A stretch of 64,000 bases of DNA from contig JBFMEZ010000025.1 in NCBI GenBank assembly GCA_040753215.1, positions 74,440 through 138,439 of the forward strand, given 5' to 3'. This DNA is from Candidatus Micrarchaeota archaeon (lineage in GTDB: Archaea; Micrarchaeota; Micrarchaeia; Anstonellales; Bilamarchaeaceae). The position numbers and the translations under genes were made by a program. Positions 26,811 to 35,870 of the stretch are shown here, one piece after another (position 1 is the first letter of the stretch; every line of letters starts with the position of its first letter). The notes below the pieces were generated by a model. It was not told the DNA's origin, searched no databases, and saw only the letters and a list, made by a program, of their open reading frames with translations.

Positions 26811-28175
26811 ATGCCGGAGATGCGCATCTACCCCCTGAAGAACGTCCCCGAAGAAATAATCGCAGCCGCCTTCGCAAAAACCAGCCGCTCCCCCGAGCCC
26901 TTCGACAAGATAGCGGCAGAGCTGAGCGCCGAATCATCTTCAAAATTCCACGAGAAATGGGTAGTGGGCTACGGCCACTCCAGCGTAGCCGAGCATTCTG
27001 TCGCCCATCTCGCAGCCGAAAACATCTCCCGCCTCGCGATAGAAACGATAGAATCCAACCGCCTCGGCTCCTACACCGAGAAATCCACCCGCTACCAGCA
27101 ATTAGATGAGGAGCATACCCATCTTCCTGAAGAAATCAAGGGAACCTCCCTCGAGCGCAATTACAAGGATGCCCTGGACATTCTCTTCTCCACCTATGAA
27201 AAGTCCCTCTCAGCCCTTGTGGATTACTACTCCTCCCAATCAAAGCCCGAACCAGGAAAGGAGAAGGCCCACGAAATCAAGCTCAAAACCATGGCAATGG
27301 ATTCTGCCCGCTTCCTCCTCCCCAACTCCACCCTCGCAAACGTTGGAATAACGATGAACGCCCGCTCCCTCGAGCACGCGCTCGTAAAGATGCTTTCCCA
27401 TCCCCTTGCAGAAGTAAGAAGGGCAGGCCTTCTCCTGAGGGATGCAGGGATGCAGGCATTCCCGACTCTTCTCAGGAAGGCGGAGGAAAACACAGCGCTT
27501 GCCGGGTTCCAGGAAGAATCCAGAAAACAATTCAGCCCGTTCTCCTCCCCCGCAGGAAGCAAGCACGCCTCCCTCATCCACTACGATAAAAATGCCCTCG
27601 AAAACCTCTCCGCCTCCATCCTATACCGCTGGAGCGGCCTCTCCTATGAAGATGCACTGGAGCATGTGCGCTCCTCCAGGCCTTCCAGTCCGATGGAAAT
27701 ATTCAGGTCCGTAACCGCCCGCTTCCCCGAAGGCCTCAAGCCAATCCGCGAGTTCGAGCACATCACCTACACCTTCGATTTGCTGATGGACCAGGGCGCC
27801 TACTACGAATTCAAGCGCCACCGCATGCTCACCATAAGCGCCCAGGAGCCCACAATCTCCCTCGGCTACAGAATCCCCCAGGATATAGAAAAATGCGGAA
27901 TGAAAAAAGAATTCGCAGAAGCGATGAAGGAGAGCGAGGGATGCTTCCGGGAAATAGAAGAAACCCATCCCTTTGCAGCCGGCTACATCGCCACGAATGC
28001 CCACCACCGCCGCGTCCTCGCAACCATGAACCTCCGCGAGCTCGCAACCTTCATAAAGCTCAGGAGCGCCCCATTCGCCCACTTCACCATCCGCGAGCTT
28101 GCCCTTGAGATGCTGGAGGAATTGAGGAAAGTCCACCCGGAATTCGCGGAATCCATAGGGCCCGGAGTGGTTTAA
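26811..28175 (+). CDS. thyX: FAD-dependent thymidylate synthase ThyX-like, tandem two-domain form
   Basis: The N-terminal half reads GHSSVAEHSVAHL...RYQQL. The C-terminal half carries RHRMLTISAQ, the ThyX RHRxxxxxxxS-type motif. At 454 aa it is about twice the usual ThyX size. Confidence 0.55.
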   Translation: MPEMRIYPLKNVPEEIIAAAFAKTSRSPEPFDKIAAELSAESSSKFHEKWVVGYGHSSVAEHSVAHLAAENISRLAIETIESNRLGSYTEKSTRYQQLDEEHTHLPEEIKGTSLERNYKDALDILFSTYEKSLSALVDYYSSQSKPEPGKEKAHEIKLKTMAMDSARFLLPNSTLANVGITMNARSLEHALVKMLSHPLAEVRRAGLLLRDAGMQAFPTLLRKAEENTALAGFQEESRKQFSPFSSPAGSKHASLIHYDKNALENLSASILYRWSGLSYEDALEHVRSSRPSSPMEIFRSVTARFPEGLKPIREFEHITYTFDLLMDQGAYYEFKRHRMLTISAQEPTISLGYRIPQDIEKCGMKKEFAEAMKESEGCFREIEETHPFAAGYIATNAHHRRVLATMNLRELATFIKLRSAPFAHFTIRELALEMLEELRKVHPEFAESIGPGVV

Positions 28176-29053
28176 TGGTCTCAGGAAAGCACCTGCAAAG
28201 GGAGTTCATGCTCTTTATACTCCTCTCCGCCTTCATATTATTGCTTGAGCTTGCAGGCGGCCTTTTCACCAACAGCCTCTCGCTTTTGGGAGATGCGGGC
28301 CATGTTTTCGTGGACTTGCTCGCACTCCTGCTCGCATATTTTTCAATGTGGCTTTCTCAGAAGAAGGCCGGCAGGGAATTCACATTCGGCTACCACCGCG
28401 CAGAAATAGTAGCCACCATCGCAAACGGCCTAATCCTCTTACTCATAACAGCATACATCTTCTACGAATCATACATTCGCCTCATTTCTCCCCCACCGGT
28501 TAAAGGGCCCGAGATGCTTGCAATCGCGCTTATCGGTCTTTTCGCGAATGCCTACGTGCTGTTCAGAATGAGGCATTTTGCAGAAAAAAGCATCACAGTC
28601 AAAGGTGCATACCTCCATGTACTGAGCGATGCGCTCACCTCTGTTGCGGTAGTGCTCTCTGGCCTCCTCATCATATACACGGGCAATTATGTATTCGACC
28701 CAGTTGCAGGCGCATTAATCGGCCTTTTTATACTTGGCGGCTCCCTGCGCCTTCTTCGGGATTCGTTGCGGATAATAATGGAGGCGTCGCCCCGGGGCAT
28801 AGATTTGGAGGCGGTTTCAGCAGACATATCCGGGATAAGCGGCGTAAAGGATGTCCACGACCTCCATGTATGGACAATAACCTCTGGCTTCTTTGCCCTG
28901 ACCGCGCACGTGCTCGTGGATGCAGAAAGCACGAGAGACATGAACAGGATAGTTGCGGAAATAAAAAAGATGCTCAGGAAAAAGTACTCAATAACCCACG
29001 CGGTGATACAGGCGGAGTGCCCAACCTGCATAGATACCGAGCACCCGCATTAG
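28175..29053 (+). CDS. Cation diffusion facilitator (CDF) family metal efflux transporter
   Basis: Six TM helices with HxxxD motifs are followed by a C-terminal cytoplasmic domain. Confidence 0.8.
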   Translation: MVSGKHLQREFMLFILLSAFILLLELAGGLFTNSLSLLGDAGHVFVDLLALLLAYFSMWLSQKKAGREFTFGYHRAEIVATIANGLILLLITAYIFYESYIRLISPPPVKGPEMLAIALIGLFANAYVLFRMRHFAEKSITVKGAYLHVLSDALTSVAVVLSGLLIIYTGNYVFDPVAGALIGLFILGGSLRLLRDSLRIIMEASPRGIDLEAVSADISGISGVKDVHDLHVWTITSGFFALTAHVLVDAESTRDMNRIVAEIKKMLRKKYSITHAVIQAECPTCIDTEHPH

Positions 29054-29080
29054 AGCTGCTTCATAAACAAGGGAAAACCC

Positions 29081-30055
29081 ATGAAAATAATTTCCTTCTC
29101 CAACGGAACGCTCACCATTCTCGACCAGAGGAAGCTCCCGCGCAAAATCCAATATGCAAAATGCCGCAATTACTCAGAAATCTCATCCGCCATAAAAAAC
29201 ATGGCAGTCCGCGGTGCCCCTGCAATCTCAATAGCCGCAGCCTACGGATACGCGCTCGGCGCCCTCTCCGGAAAAGAAAAGGAGGCATGCTCCGCTCTCC
29301 TCTCCTCCCGCCCAACCGCGATAGACCTGAAAAATGCCCTAGATTTCATGAAGAAAGGCAAAGGCAATCCTATTTCACTCGCAAGGAAGTGGGAACAATC
29401 CGTATATGAAAACTGCCGCCTCCTCGGAATCCATGGCCAGAAACTAATCCCAAGAAATGCGAAAATAATGACACACTGCAACACAGGCCCGCTTGCAGTT
29501 GGAAAATACGGCACCGCCCTCTCCGCAATATTCTTCGCCCACAAAAGCAAAAAGCGCCCGTTTGCATGGGTGAAGGAAACCCGCCCCCGCTTCCAGGGCG
29601 CCCTCACTTCCTGGGAGCTTAAGCGCTGGGGCATCCCGCACAGGGTGATAGTCGATTCTGCCGCCGCCTTCCTGATGCAAAAGGGCGAGGTGGGCCTCAT
29701 AATTCTCGGCGCAGACAGGATTTGCAGGAACGGCGATTTCGCAAACAAGATAGGCACCTATTCCCTCGCAGTCCTTGCAAAGGCCCACAATATACCCTTC
29801 TACGTATCCGCCCCCAGCTCAACCCTCGACCATTCCTCCAGCTCAGGCAAAGACATCCCAATAGAATACAGGGATGAAAATGAAATACTGAAAACAAATG
29901 GAAAGCCTGCCTATGCAAAAGGCACAAAAGCCCTCAACCCCGCATTCGACATAACCCCCGCCTCCCTCGTAACCGCCTACATAACCGAAAAAGGGGTATT
30001 CCGGAGCTTGGATGCGCTATGGAAGAGTATGAAGGCCCGAAGTTCAGGGCAATAA
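29081..30055 (+). CDS. eIF-2B alpha/beta/delta family protein (methylthioribose-1-phosphate / ribose-1,5-bisphosphate isomerase family)
   Basis: The motifs AVRGAPAIS and THCNTG are present, giving the typical e2B2 fold signature. Confidence 0.75.
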   Translation: MKIISFSNGTLTILDQRKLPRKIQYAKCRNYSEISSAIKNMAVRGAPAISIAAAYGYALGALSGKEKEACSALLSSRPTAIDLKNALDFMKKGKGNPISLARKWEQSVYENCRLLGIHGQKLIPRNAKIMTHCNTGPLAVGKYGTALSAIFFAHKSKKRPFAWVKETRPRFQGALTSWELKRWGIPHRVIVDSAAAFLMQKGEVGLIILGADRICRNGDFANKIGTYSLAVLAKAHNIPFYVSAPSSTLDHSSSSGKDIPIEYRDENEILKTNGKPAYAKGTKALNPAFDITPASLVTAYITEKGVFRSLDALWKSMKARSSGQ

Positions 30056-30555
30056 AAGTCCCCGGGGAGGTTCCGCTCCGTTGCGCAGAGCGCCTCCTCA
30101 GCCTCGATGCCCAGCCCGGCGCATTCCTGCCGCCCTCCACAAACGGAAACCTGAGCATCCTCTGTGAAAAGGGCTTCCTGATAAAAGGTACAGGCGCCAC
30201 CCTCACCCTCCTCGCAATCGAAGACCTATCCTACGTTTTCTCCCTTGATGAGCGCTCATTATCCGTAACCTTTGCGGGTGCAGCCCCATCCTCGGAGTCC
30301 TTCATGCACCATCTCATCTACCGCTCCGTCCCCGCCTCCTCCATCCTCCATTTCCATGGCGAAGAACTGCTCTCGCGCAGCCTTCCATTTCCATCCGTTC
30401 CCCCTCTCCCATACGGCTCCCTGGAGCTCGCAAAGGCGGTTTCCCTGGAGGCGAAAAGAAGCAAAACCATAATCCTCAGGGAGCACGGCTTCGTCATCTG
30501 GGCAGAGAGCGATGGAGAGCTCCTTTCCCTGCTCCGGAATCTTCTGCAGAAATAG
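30019..30555 (+). CDS. Class II aldolase/adducin-like protein (possible MtnB-type dehydratase)
   Basis: His-x-His metal site candidates and the neighbourhood with the e2B2 isomerase support this. It is a weak call. Confidence 0.35.
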   Translation: MEEYEGPKFRAIKVPGEVPLRCAERLLSLDAQPGAFLPPSTNGNLSILCEKGFLIKGTGATLTLLAIEDLSYVFSLDERSLSVTFAGAAPSSESFMHHLIYRSVPASSILHFHGEELLSRSLPFPSVPPLPYGSLELAKAVSLEAKRSKTIILREHGFVIWAESDGELLSLLRNLLQK

Positions 30556-30942
30556 CTACCCGATGGTTATTTTCCCGTTCGAATTCCCCACCCTTATCTC
30601 TCCCGAATACTCCCCGCCATCGCATTCCACCCCGCAGCCCGAAACGCTTGCGTTCGCCTCAGCCCCGGAAACCGAAACAAATATCGCATTCCCCCCGCAC
30701 GCGATTTCCGCCCTCTCCATAGAATAAGCCCTTGAATTCCCATCCCCCAGCGCGCAAATCTCATTTCCAATCGCAGCAATATCATTTGCGACAATCCGCG
30801 CCTTCTCCCTCGCATAGACCTGCGCCTCTGCCCCTTTGATTGAAGTCAGCGCAAACAAAGAAACAGCAAGCAAAGATATCCCTACCGCAACCAAAAGCAA
30901 ATATTCAGCAGTCACCTGCCCTCTCCTTTTTGCTTCCTGCAT
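30556..30942 (-). CDS. Archaeal type IV pilin-like protein (class III signal peptide)
   Basis: The N-terminus reads MQEAKRRGQVTAEYLLLVAVGISLLAV, a class III signal with an R-G-Q cleavage context and a hydrophobic stretch. Confidence 0.55.
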   Translation of the reverse strand: MQEAKRRGQVTAEYLLLVAVGISLLAVSLFALTSIKGAEAQVYAREKARIVANDIAAIGNEICALGDGNSRAYSMERAEIACGGNAIFVSVSGAEANASVSGCGVECDGGEYSGEIRVGNSNGKITIG

Positions 30943-31011
30943 TTGGGTATCCTCGCTCGCTGCTGCTCGCTCGGAAGCAAAAATGAGCCCAAAAACCTCA
31001 AGCATCGATGC

Positions 31012-31254
31012 TTACCTGCAATACCCATACTGGCAAAGCCCGGAGAGGCAGTCGGAATTCACGTCGCACGGGTCCCCCGCCTGCCCGGTCCCTCCCTGCG
31101 CATCCCCGCTCTCCGCCAATACCTCCCCGACCCGGCTCTCCACCGCTTCCCCTCCCTGCCTCGCGGCGTTCATCAGGTATACAGCAGCAATAGCAACAAT
31201 CGCAATCACGACCGCCAGCAGTATCAGCATCTCAGCGCTTACCTGTCCTCTCAT
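31012..31254 (-). CDS. Small archaeal pilin-like protein (class III signal peptide)
   Basis: The N-terminus reads MRGQVSAEMLILLAVVIAIVAI. Confidence 0.55.
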   Translation of the reverse strand: MRGQVSAEMLILLAVVIAIVAIAAVYLMNAARQGGEAVESRVGEVLAESGDAQGGTGQAGDPCDVNSDCLSGLCQYGYCR

Positions 31255-31258
31255 AGGC

Positions 31259-32008
31259 TCACCGTATATACGTGATCTCTTTCTTCTCCCCCACGGCCTG
31301 CCTCTCTATCTCGCTTTCAATCTTTTTAATCACTTTCTCCCTCTCCTTCGCCTCCTGCTCAAGCTGCGCAAGGTCCAGCTTGAAGCCGAAGAGCTTCTGC
31401 AGCTTCTCCAGCACCGCCGTAGCCGCAGAGGCATCCACGTAGCTCCCGTGCGTCTCGCCCATGATGCACATCGCATCCATCCCCCTCACGCGCGCAAGCG
31501 CAGGAAGCAGCCCCGCCACCCCCACGATGGAGCCCTTCGTTTCCCCGAATATGAAATGCTCCTTGTACCGGTCCCTTACGCGCTCGCTGTTCGCGGCCGC
31601 AAAAACCTTCTTCGGCCCGCCCATCTTCCCGGAGCTGTACCCGCCGATTGTGATTATCGCCCTGATTTTGTGCTTCTCCGCATAATCTAGGATCTTTCCC
31701 GCCACCTCGTACTGCCCCTGCCCCGTGATCGCCTGCACGTCCCCGACAACCAGCACAAGGTCCCTGTCCTTGAGCCGGATGAGGTAAAACTTGTTCTTGA
31801 GCAGCCGCATCCCGCCCTTCTTCGTCATCAGAACCTGGTGCGGGAAGTGGGGCGAGTACAAATCCGCAATCTTCTTCCCGCCCATCTTCTTTATCATGTA
31901 TTTTGCAACGACCTGCCCGACCAGCCCTATCCCCGGAAGCCCTGTAATCAATACCGGGTTCCTCAGCTTCCCTGCTCCTTCCTTCTCAATTATGGTGGTT
32001 TCAATCAT
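31259..32008 (-). CDS. PAC2-family proteasome assembly chaperone / ATP-grasp superfamily (COG1938)
   Basis: The protein matches the family, and it sits in the conserved S27e-aIF2a-Nop10-COG1938 neighbourhood. Confidence 0.6.
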   Translation of the reverse strand: MIETTIIEKEGAGKLRNPVLITGLPGIGLVGQVVAKYMIKKMGGKKIADLYSPHFPHQVLMTKKGGMRLLKNKFYLIRLKDRDLVLVVGDVQAITGQGQYEVAGKILDYAEKHKIRAIITIGGYSSGKMGGPKKVFAAANSERVRDRYKEHFIFGETKGSIVGVAGLLPALARVRGMDAMCIMGETHGSYVDASAATAVLEKLQKLFGFKLDLAQLEQEAKEREKVIKKIESEIERQAVGEKKEITYIR

Positions 32009-32154
32009 TCTAACCCCTTCTCCTTCCTCCTGTACCTAGCATAACGGTCGTTAATATTATAAGGCGGAGGGTGCACGGGCTTCGCCTTCCTGCCGCAGTG
32101 CTCCTCCAGCATCGTATAAGCGCCGCACGAAACGCACCTCCCCATCTTTTTCAT
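32005..32154 (-). CDS. nop10: H/ACA RNP protein Nop10
   Basis: Translates to MKKMGRCVSCGAYTMLEEHCGRKAKPVHPPPYNINDRYARYRRKEKGLE, a zinc ribbon plus the Nop10 tail. At 49 aa it is below the ORF-track size cutoff. Confidence 0.7.
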   Translation of the reverse strand: MKKMGRCVSCGAYTMLEEHCGRKAKPVHPPPYNINDRYARYRRKEKGLE

Positions 32155-32198
32155 CAGTCTTCAGTCCCCAGCTCCCGGTTTCCAGCCGGATGCTTTCC

Positions 32199-32942
32199 CT
32201 ACTTGTTTTCCTCGACAGAAAATGCGCAGTCCTTCCCCTTGAGCGCCTTCTCGACCCTCGCCGCGGTCCTGTCCATCTCCTTGTCCGCGGCCTTCGGGTC
32301 CTCGCTCTCCACCTTCATCCGGTACCTCCCGGCCCCGAGGTAATGCGCCGGAACCCCTTCCAGCGCCTTCTTTATCACTTCAATGCCGTCCGGCTCGTAG
32401 CACGTTATCTTGAATGTCCTCGAGATCTCGACCACTGGCTTCTTCACGTATTTCGCGACAAGCTCCTCTATCTCCTTCCCCAGCTCATCCGGGATGTCCA
32501 GCCCTTCAAAGGCGGAGCCCCCCTCATCCCTCACCGACTCGAAGAAGGAGAAAAGCTCCCCGTGCTTCTCCTCTATCTCGCTTCTCAGCTTCTCGAAGGG
32601 CTTCCTTGATTTCGCATTCTTAAGCGCAACCTGCAGCAGCTTGGCGGCCCGCGTCTCCCTCCTCATCGCCTCGAGCTTGCCCACCCTCTCGCTCTCGCTC
32701 ACCCTCTTGAGCGAGAGGTCCACCTGGTTCTTCTCCCTGTCCACCCTGTGCACCTTCAGGACAAGCTTCTGGTTTTCGGAAAGGAATTCGCGTATGTTCT
32801 TTATCCAGCGGGGCGCGACCTCGGAAACGTGCATGAACCCCTCAAGGTTCCCGTATTCGGTGAGGGAGCAGAACGCCCCGTATGGCATTATCTTCTTCAC
32901 GACCGCAAAAACCAGTTCGTTTTCTTTTGGAAGCGCAACCAT
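32199..32942 (-). CDS. eif2a: Translation initiation factor 2 alpha subunit
   Basis: An S1 domain (MPYGAFCSLTEYGNLEGFMHVSEV) is followed by helical and C-terminal domains. The start overlaps the rps27e stop (ATGA). Confidence 0.85.
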   Translation of the reverse strand: MVALPKENELVFAVVKKIMPYGAFCSLTEYGNLEGFMHVSEVAPRWIKNIREFLSENQKLVLKVHRVDREKNQVDLSLKRVSESERVGKLEAMRRETRAAKLLQVALKNAKSRKPFEKLRSEIEEKHGELFSFFESVRDEGGSAFEGLDIPDELGKEIEELVAKYVKKPVVEISRTFKITCYEPDGIEVIKKALEGVPAHYLGAGRYRMKVESEDPKAADKEMDRTAARVEKALKGKDCAFSVEENK

Positions 32943-33106
32943 CATTCCATCTCGGATACAATTGTCCCTCCGACCACTATGCACTTCCCGCCCCTCGGCT
33001 CAACCAGCCTCTTGTTGCACACCCTGCAGCCCACGCGGCTTGAGGCGCTCTCGAAAATGACCTGCTCGTTCCCGCACTCACACTTAACCTTCATGTACCT
33101 GCTCAT
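32942..33106 (-). CDS. rps27e: Ribosomal protein S27e
   Basis: Translates to MSRYMKVKCECGNEQVIFESASSRVGCRVCNKRLVEPRGGKCIVVGGTIVSEME, with the C4 zinc-finger pattern of S27e. It is below the ORF-track cutoff. Confidence 0.75.
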   Translation of the reverse strand: MSRYMKVKCECGNEQVIFESASSRVGCRVCNKRLVEPRGGKCIVVGGTIVSEME

Positions 33107-33112
33107 AAATCA

Positions 33113-33394
33113 TCATCTCTTCAATTCCACTTTCTTCTTCGTCCTCCCCCGCAGGACCTTCTCAACGCTCTTCTTGCACTCCGGGCAGGTGAGCATCAGC
33201 TTCTGCCTCTTCCCCTGCTTCTTCACGGCCTTCTTCCCCTTCCTCTTTCCCCCGTGCCCCAGAAGGCTCCTCTCGTGCCTCCTCGTCCCGTGGGCGAGGC
33301 TCCTCGCCCTTCCCTTGCTGGCAATCTTCACCTTCATCCTCTGGTGCCTGCTGCACGTGGGGCAGTATGTCCTGATCTCCTTTGGAAATTCCAT
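33113..33394 (-). CDS. rpl44e: Ribosomal protein L44e
   Basis: The N-terminus reads MEFPKEIRTYCPTCSRHQRMKV and the C-terminal region carries a CPECKK zinc ribbon. Confidence 0.75.
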   Translation of the reverse strand: MEFPKEIRTYCPTCSRHQRMKVKIASKGRARSLAHGTRRHERSLLGHGGKRKGKKAVKKQGKRQKLMLTCPECKKSVEKVLRGRTKKKVELKR

Positions 33395-33460
33395 CCTAAA
33401 TCACCTTAAATTACTGAAGCAGCTCCACCATCTTTTCCTTAAGAAGCCACTGCGCTCCGA

Positions 33461-33561
33461 ACCGCGGGGAGAGCGCTCCCCCCATTCAGTTTCCTGTTTC
33501 CAGCCTCCAGTTTCCCTAAACCCTAAACGGGAAACCGGGAACTCTCTGACCCCCTCCCACT
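33461..33561 (+). repeat. Family B repeat (copy B3) fused to an inverted GTTTC-heptamer hairpin, flanked by a ~50-bp duplication of the upstream gene's 3' end
   Basis: The displaced copy 33411-33460 encodes AQWLLKEKMVELLQ*. The current gene end 33562-33611 encodes EEAQWLLKEKMAELLQ*. Confidence 0.7.
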
Positions 33562-34119
33562 TCATTGTAGGAGCTCTGCCATCTTCTCTTTCAGAAGCCA
33601 TTGGGCCTCCTCACCAGGCAGCTCCGCCTCGTCCCCCGTCTTGAAGGGCCCGTAGACCTTCTCGTCCAGCCCTTTGTAGGGGCTTATATCTTTTACGAAC
33701 TTAATTCTTTTAATGTTTGCCTTCCCGCCCCCGACCACAACCGCATCCGTCCCTGAGACGGAAATACTGCACTTCTCCGCGTCCACGAGCCCGTGCATAG
33801 CTGCCTCGTTCCTGTCCACGACCTCCCTGAGCCGGGCCAGGAACTCCTTCTCCTCCGGAGTCAGCCCCTTCACCTCGCTCTTCCCGCGCAATGAAATGAG
33901 CACAATCTTTTCCATCCTCTTGTTGATGATGCCTTTCGCAATCCTCTTCACGTTCTCGCATTCCTTTATCACGAGCAAATTCTGCGAAGAAAGCGCCTCG
34001 CTCTTCCTCGCTTCGAGAAAAGCCCTCAGCTCCGGGTAGAACCCCTCATCAAGGGCCGCGAGCTCCGCGTTCTGCATCTCGGAGCGCTGCAACTCCCTCA
34101 GCCTTGAGTACGTGAGCAT
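33562..34119 (-). CDS. Hypothetical protein, possibly GINS (Gins51-like) by size and conserved neighbourhood
   Basis: 185 aa with a helical N-terminal half and a beta-rich C-terminal half. It is located upstream of rpl44e, as gins51 is in many euryarchaea. Confidence 0.3.
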   Translation of the reverse strand: MLTYSRLRELQRSEMQNAELAALDEGFYPELRAFLEARKSEALSSQNLLVIKECENVKRIAKGIINKRMEKIVLISLRGKSEVKGLTPEEKEFLARLREVVDRNEAAMHGLVDAEKCSISVSGTDAVVVGGGKANIKRIKFVKDISPYKGLDEKVYGPFKTGDEAELPGEEAQWLLKEKMAELLQ

Positions 34120-34173
34120 AAGATTCCTTCCCCACTTACTTTACCGGAAAATGAATATAAACCGGTAAGTTTG

Positions 34174-35076
34174 CTATCCAACATACTCCCAGTACTGCTT
34201 CACGAAAACCGAGAACAGATACCGCACGAAATGCGCGCTCCGTTTCGAGTAGTCCACCTTCCGCAGCACAAGATAATAGAGCATTTTTTCTGCATCAAAT
34301 ATATTCAGCAGCGGATACCCGTTCCTCAGCAGCACCAAGTTCATGAGCAGCCTGGACATCCTTCCATTCCCGTCCCTGAACGGGTGTATGCGCACAAACT
34401 TGAGGTGCACGAGCGCCGCCAGCTCAAAGGGGTTCAGCTTCCCCTTCGCCTCCGAGTACCACCTGAAGAACTTTCCCATCAGCTCCGGCACCTCCTCGTG
34501 CCTCGGCGCAAAATAGCCTCCCACCCGCACATCCACATCCCTGTACCTGCCCGCATCCCGCATGGAACCATCCATCTGCATCCTGTGCAGCTTCAGCACC
34601 AGCTTCTCAGAAATATCTTCTCTGTTGCTGAAGAGGAAATCGACGCACTTCTTCATGTTCCTCGCTTCCCGCGCGTACTCCCCCTTTCCCTTCACTCTTC
34701 TCCCCAGCAGCGCCGCCTCCGTCTCCTCCAGCGTGAGCGTGCTTCCCTCAATCGCATTCGTGTTGTAGATGAAGCTTACCAGCCGCTCCCTCTCTTCCTT
34801 CCAGAGGTTCTTTCCTATCCTGTGCTTTTTCGAGTAATTTTTCCTTATTTTTTCCAGCACCTCCGTTTCCTCTTCTGAAAGAATGGGCTTCGGGCGCTCC
34901 CGCCTCGGCTTCTCAAAGCCGGCCGGCGTATGCACGCCGAGGTATTTCCGCACCTTCTTCGTCTTCTCCCCAACTCTCTTCGTCTCCGTAAGATAGTAGT
35001 AAGTCTTTCCCGCGATTTTTTTCTTCTCTATGTATCCCGCCATACATACATTTAGGGGGCACGCCATTTTAAACAT
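34174..35076 (-). CDS. Fic family protein (AMPylase-type Fic/Doc domain)
   Basis: The Fic motif HPFRDGNGRMSRLL is present. The start is uncertain: MACPL or MAGYIEKK. Confidence 0.8.
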   Translation of the reverse strand: MFKMACPLNVCMAGYIEKKKIAGKTYYYLTETKRVGEKTKKVRKYLGVHTPAGFEKPRRERPKPILSEEETEVLEKIRKNYSKKHRIGKNLWKEERERLVSFIYNTNAIEGSTLTLEETEAALLGRRVKGKGEYAREARNMKKCVDFLFSNREDISEKLVLKLHRMQMDGSMRDAGRYRDVDVRVGGYFAPRHEEVPELMGKFFRWYSEAKGKLNPFELAALVHLKFVRIHPFRDGNGRMSRLLMNLVLLRNGYPLLNIFDAEKMLYYLVLRKVDYSKRSAHFVRYLFSVFVKQYWEYVG

Positions 35077-35214
35077 TTAGGGGGCACAGTTCCAGTTTCC
35101 TGTATCCGGTTTTCAGTTTCGATTGCTTTATGGCTATGCTTTCCATTTTTGTAGTCCCATCCAATCGGGAAAGTGGAGACTGAAAACCTGTTGCTGGAAA
35201 CCGAAGACTGATTT

Positions 35215-35238
35215 AGCCCCGGAGGGGGATTGAACCCC
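35215..35238 (-). other. Displaced 24-nt copy of the tRNA-Thr 3' end (T-arm plus acceptor)
   Basis: Matches positions 35871-35894 of the intact gene. It is followed directly by B-family copy B4 (35241-35333). Confidence 0.75.
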
Positions 35239-35240
35239 TC

Positions 35241-35333
35241 CAAGAAGAAGGGGGAAGGCGTTCCCCCCTCTCTTTAGGGTAATCATACCCCCCTTCCACT
35301 TCACTTCGTCACTCTTTGCACGTGCTCCTTACG
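35241..35333 (+). repeat. Family B repeat, copy B4
   Basis: Reads aagaagaagggggaaggcgttcccccctctctttagggtaatcata...cttcacttcgtcactctttgcacgtgctccttacgc. Confidence 0.75.
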
Positions 35334-35375
35334 CCCGACCGAAAGAGATTAAATCCACGCCCCAGAACATCTCGT

Positions 35376-35867
35376 ATGCAGATAATCATAAGGAAAGCCC
35401 GCCCGGGCGACATCGAACTGCTCGCGCCCATGTGGAGGGAACTCACCAATTACCATACTATTCTCGCAGCCAGAAATCCGGCAAGAAAAGAGTTTACCGC
35501 AATGGTCGGAAACGCAGAATCACTATGGAGAAAGTGGATTCTGAAATGGATTCGCTCGCCCAACGGGCTCGTGCTGATAGCGGAGCATGCCGGCAAGCCA
35601 GTCGGTTATTCCTTCAATTTCATCAAGAAATCCAATCCGGTGTATCGCGTAAATAAGATGGGCTGCATGAGCGACCTTTACGTCGCACCCGGCTACCGCA
35701 ATAAAGGAATTTCCTCACGATTCAGGGACGAAGCATTCAAGTGGTTCAGAAAGAAGGGCTTGAGGCACGCTTGCATAGGCGCCCACGGCTCCAACAAAAG
35801 AGCCCTGAGCATTTATCGGAAATGGGGTTTCTTCGACTTCTCAGTTGATCTAAGAAAGAGGATATAA
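35376..35867 (+). CDS. GNAT family N-acetyltransferase (cassette cargo)
   Basis: Acetyl-CoA binding motif region GYRNKGISSRF. The protein is ~163 aa starting at MQIIIRKARPGD. Confidence 0.7.
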   Translation: MQIIIRKARPGDIELLAPMWRELTNYHTILAARNPARKEFTAMVGNAESLWRKWILKWIRSPNGLVLIAEHAGKPVGYSFNFIKKSNPVYRVNKMGCMSDLYVAPGYRNKGISSRFRDEAFKWFRKKGLRHACIGAHGSNKRALSIYRKWGFFDFSVDLRKRI

Positions 35868-35870
35868 CCA

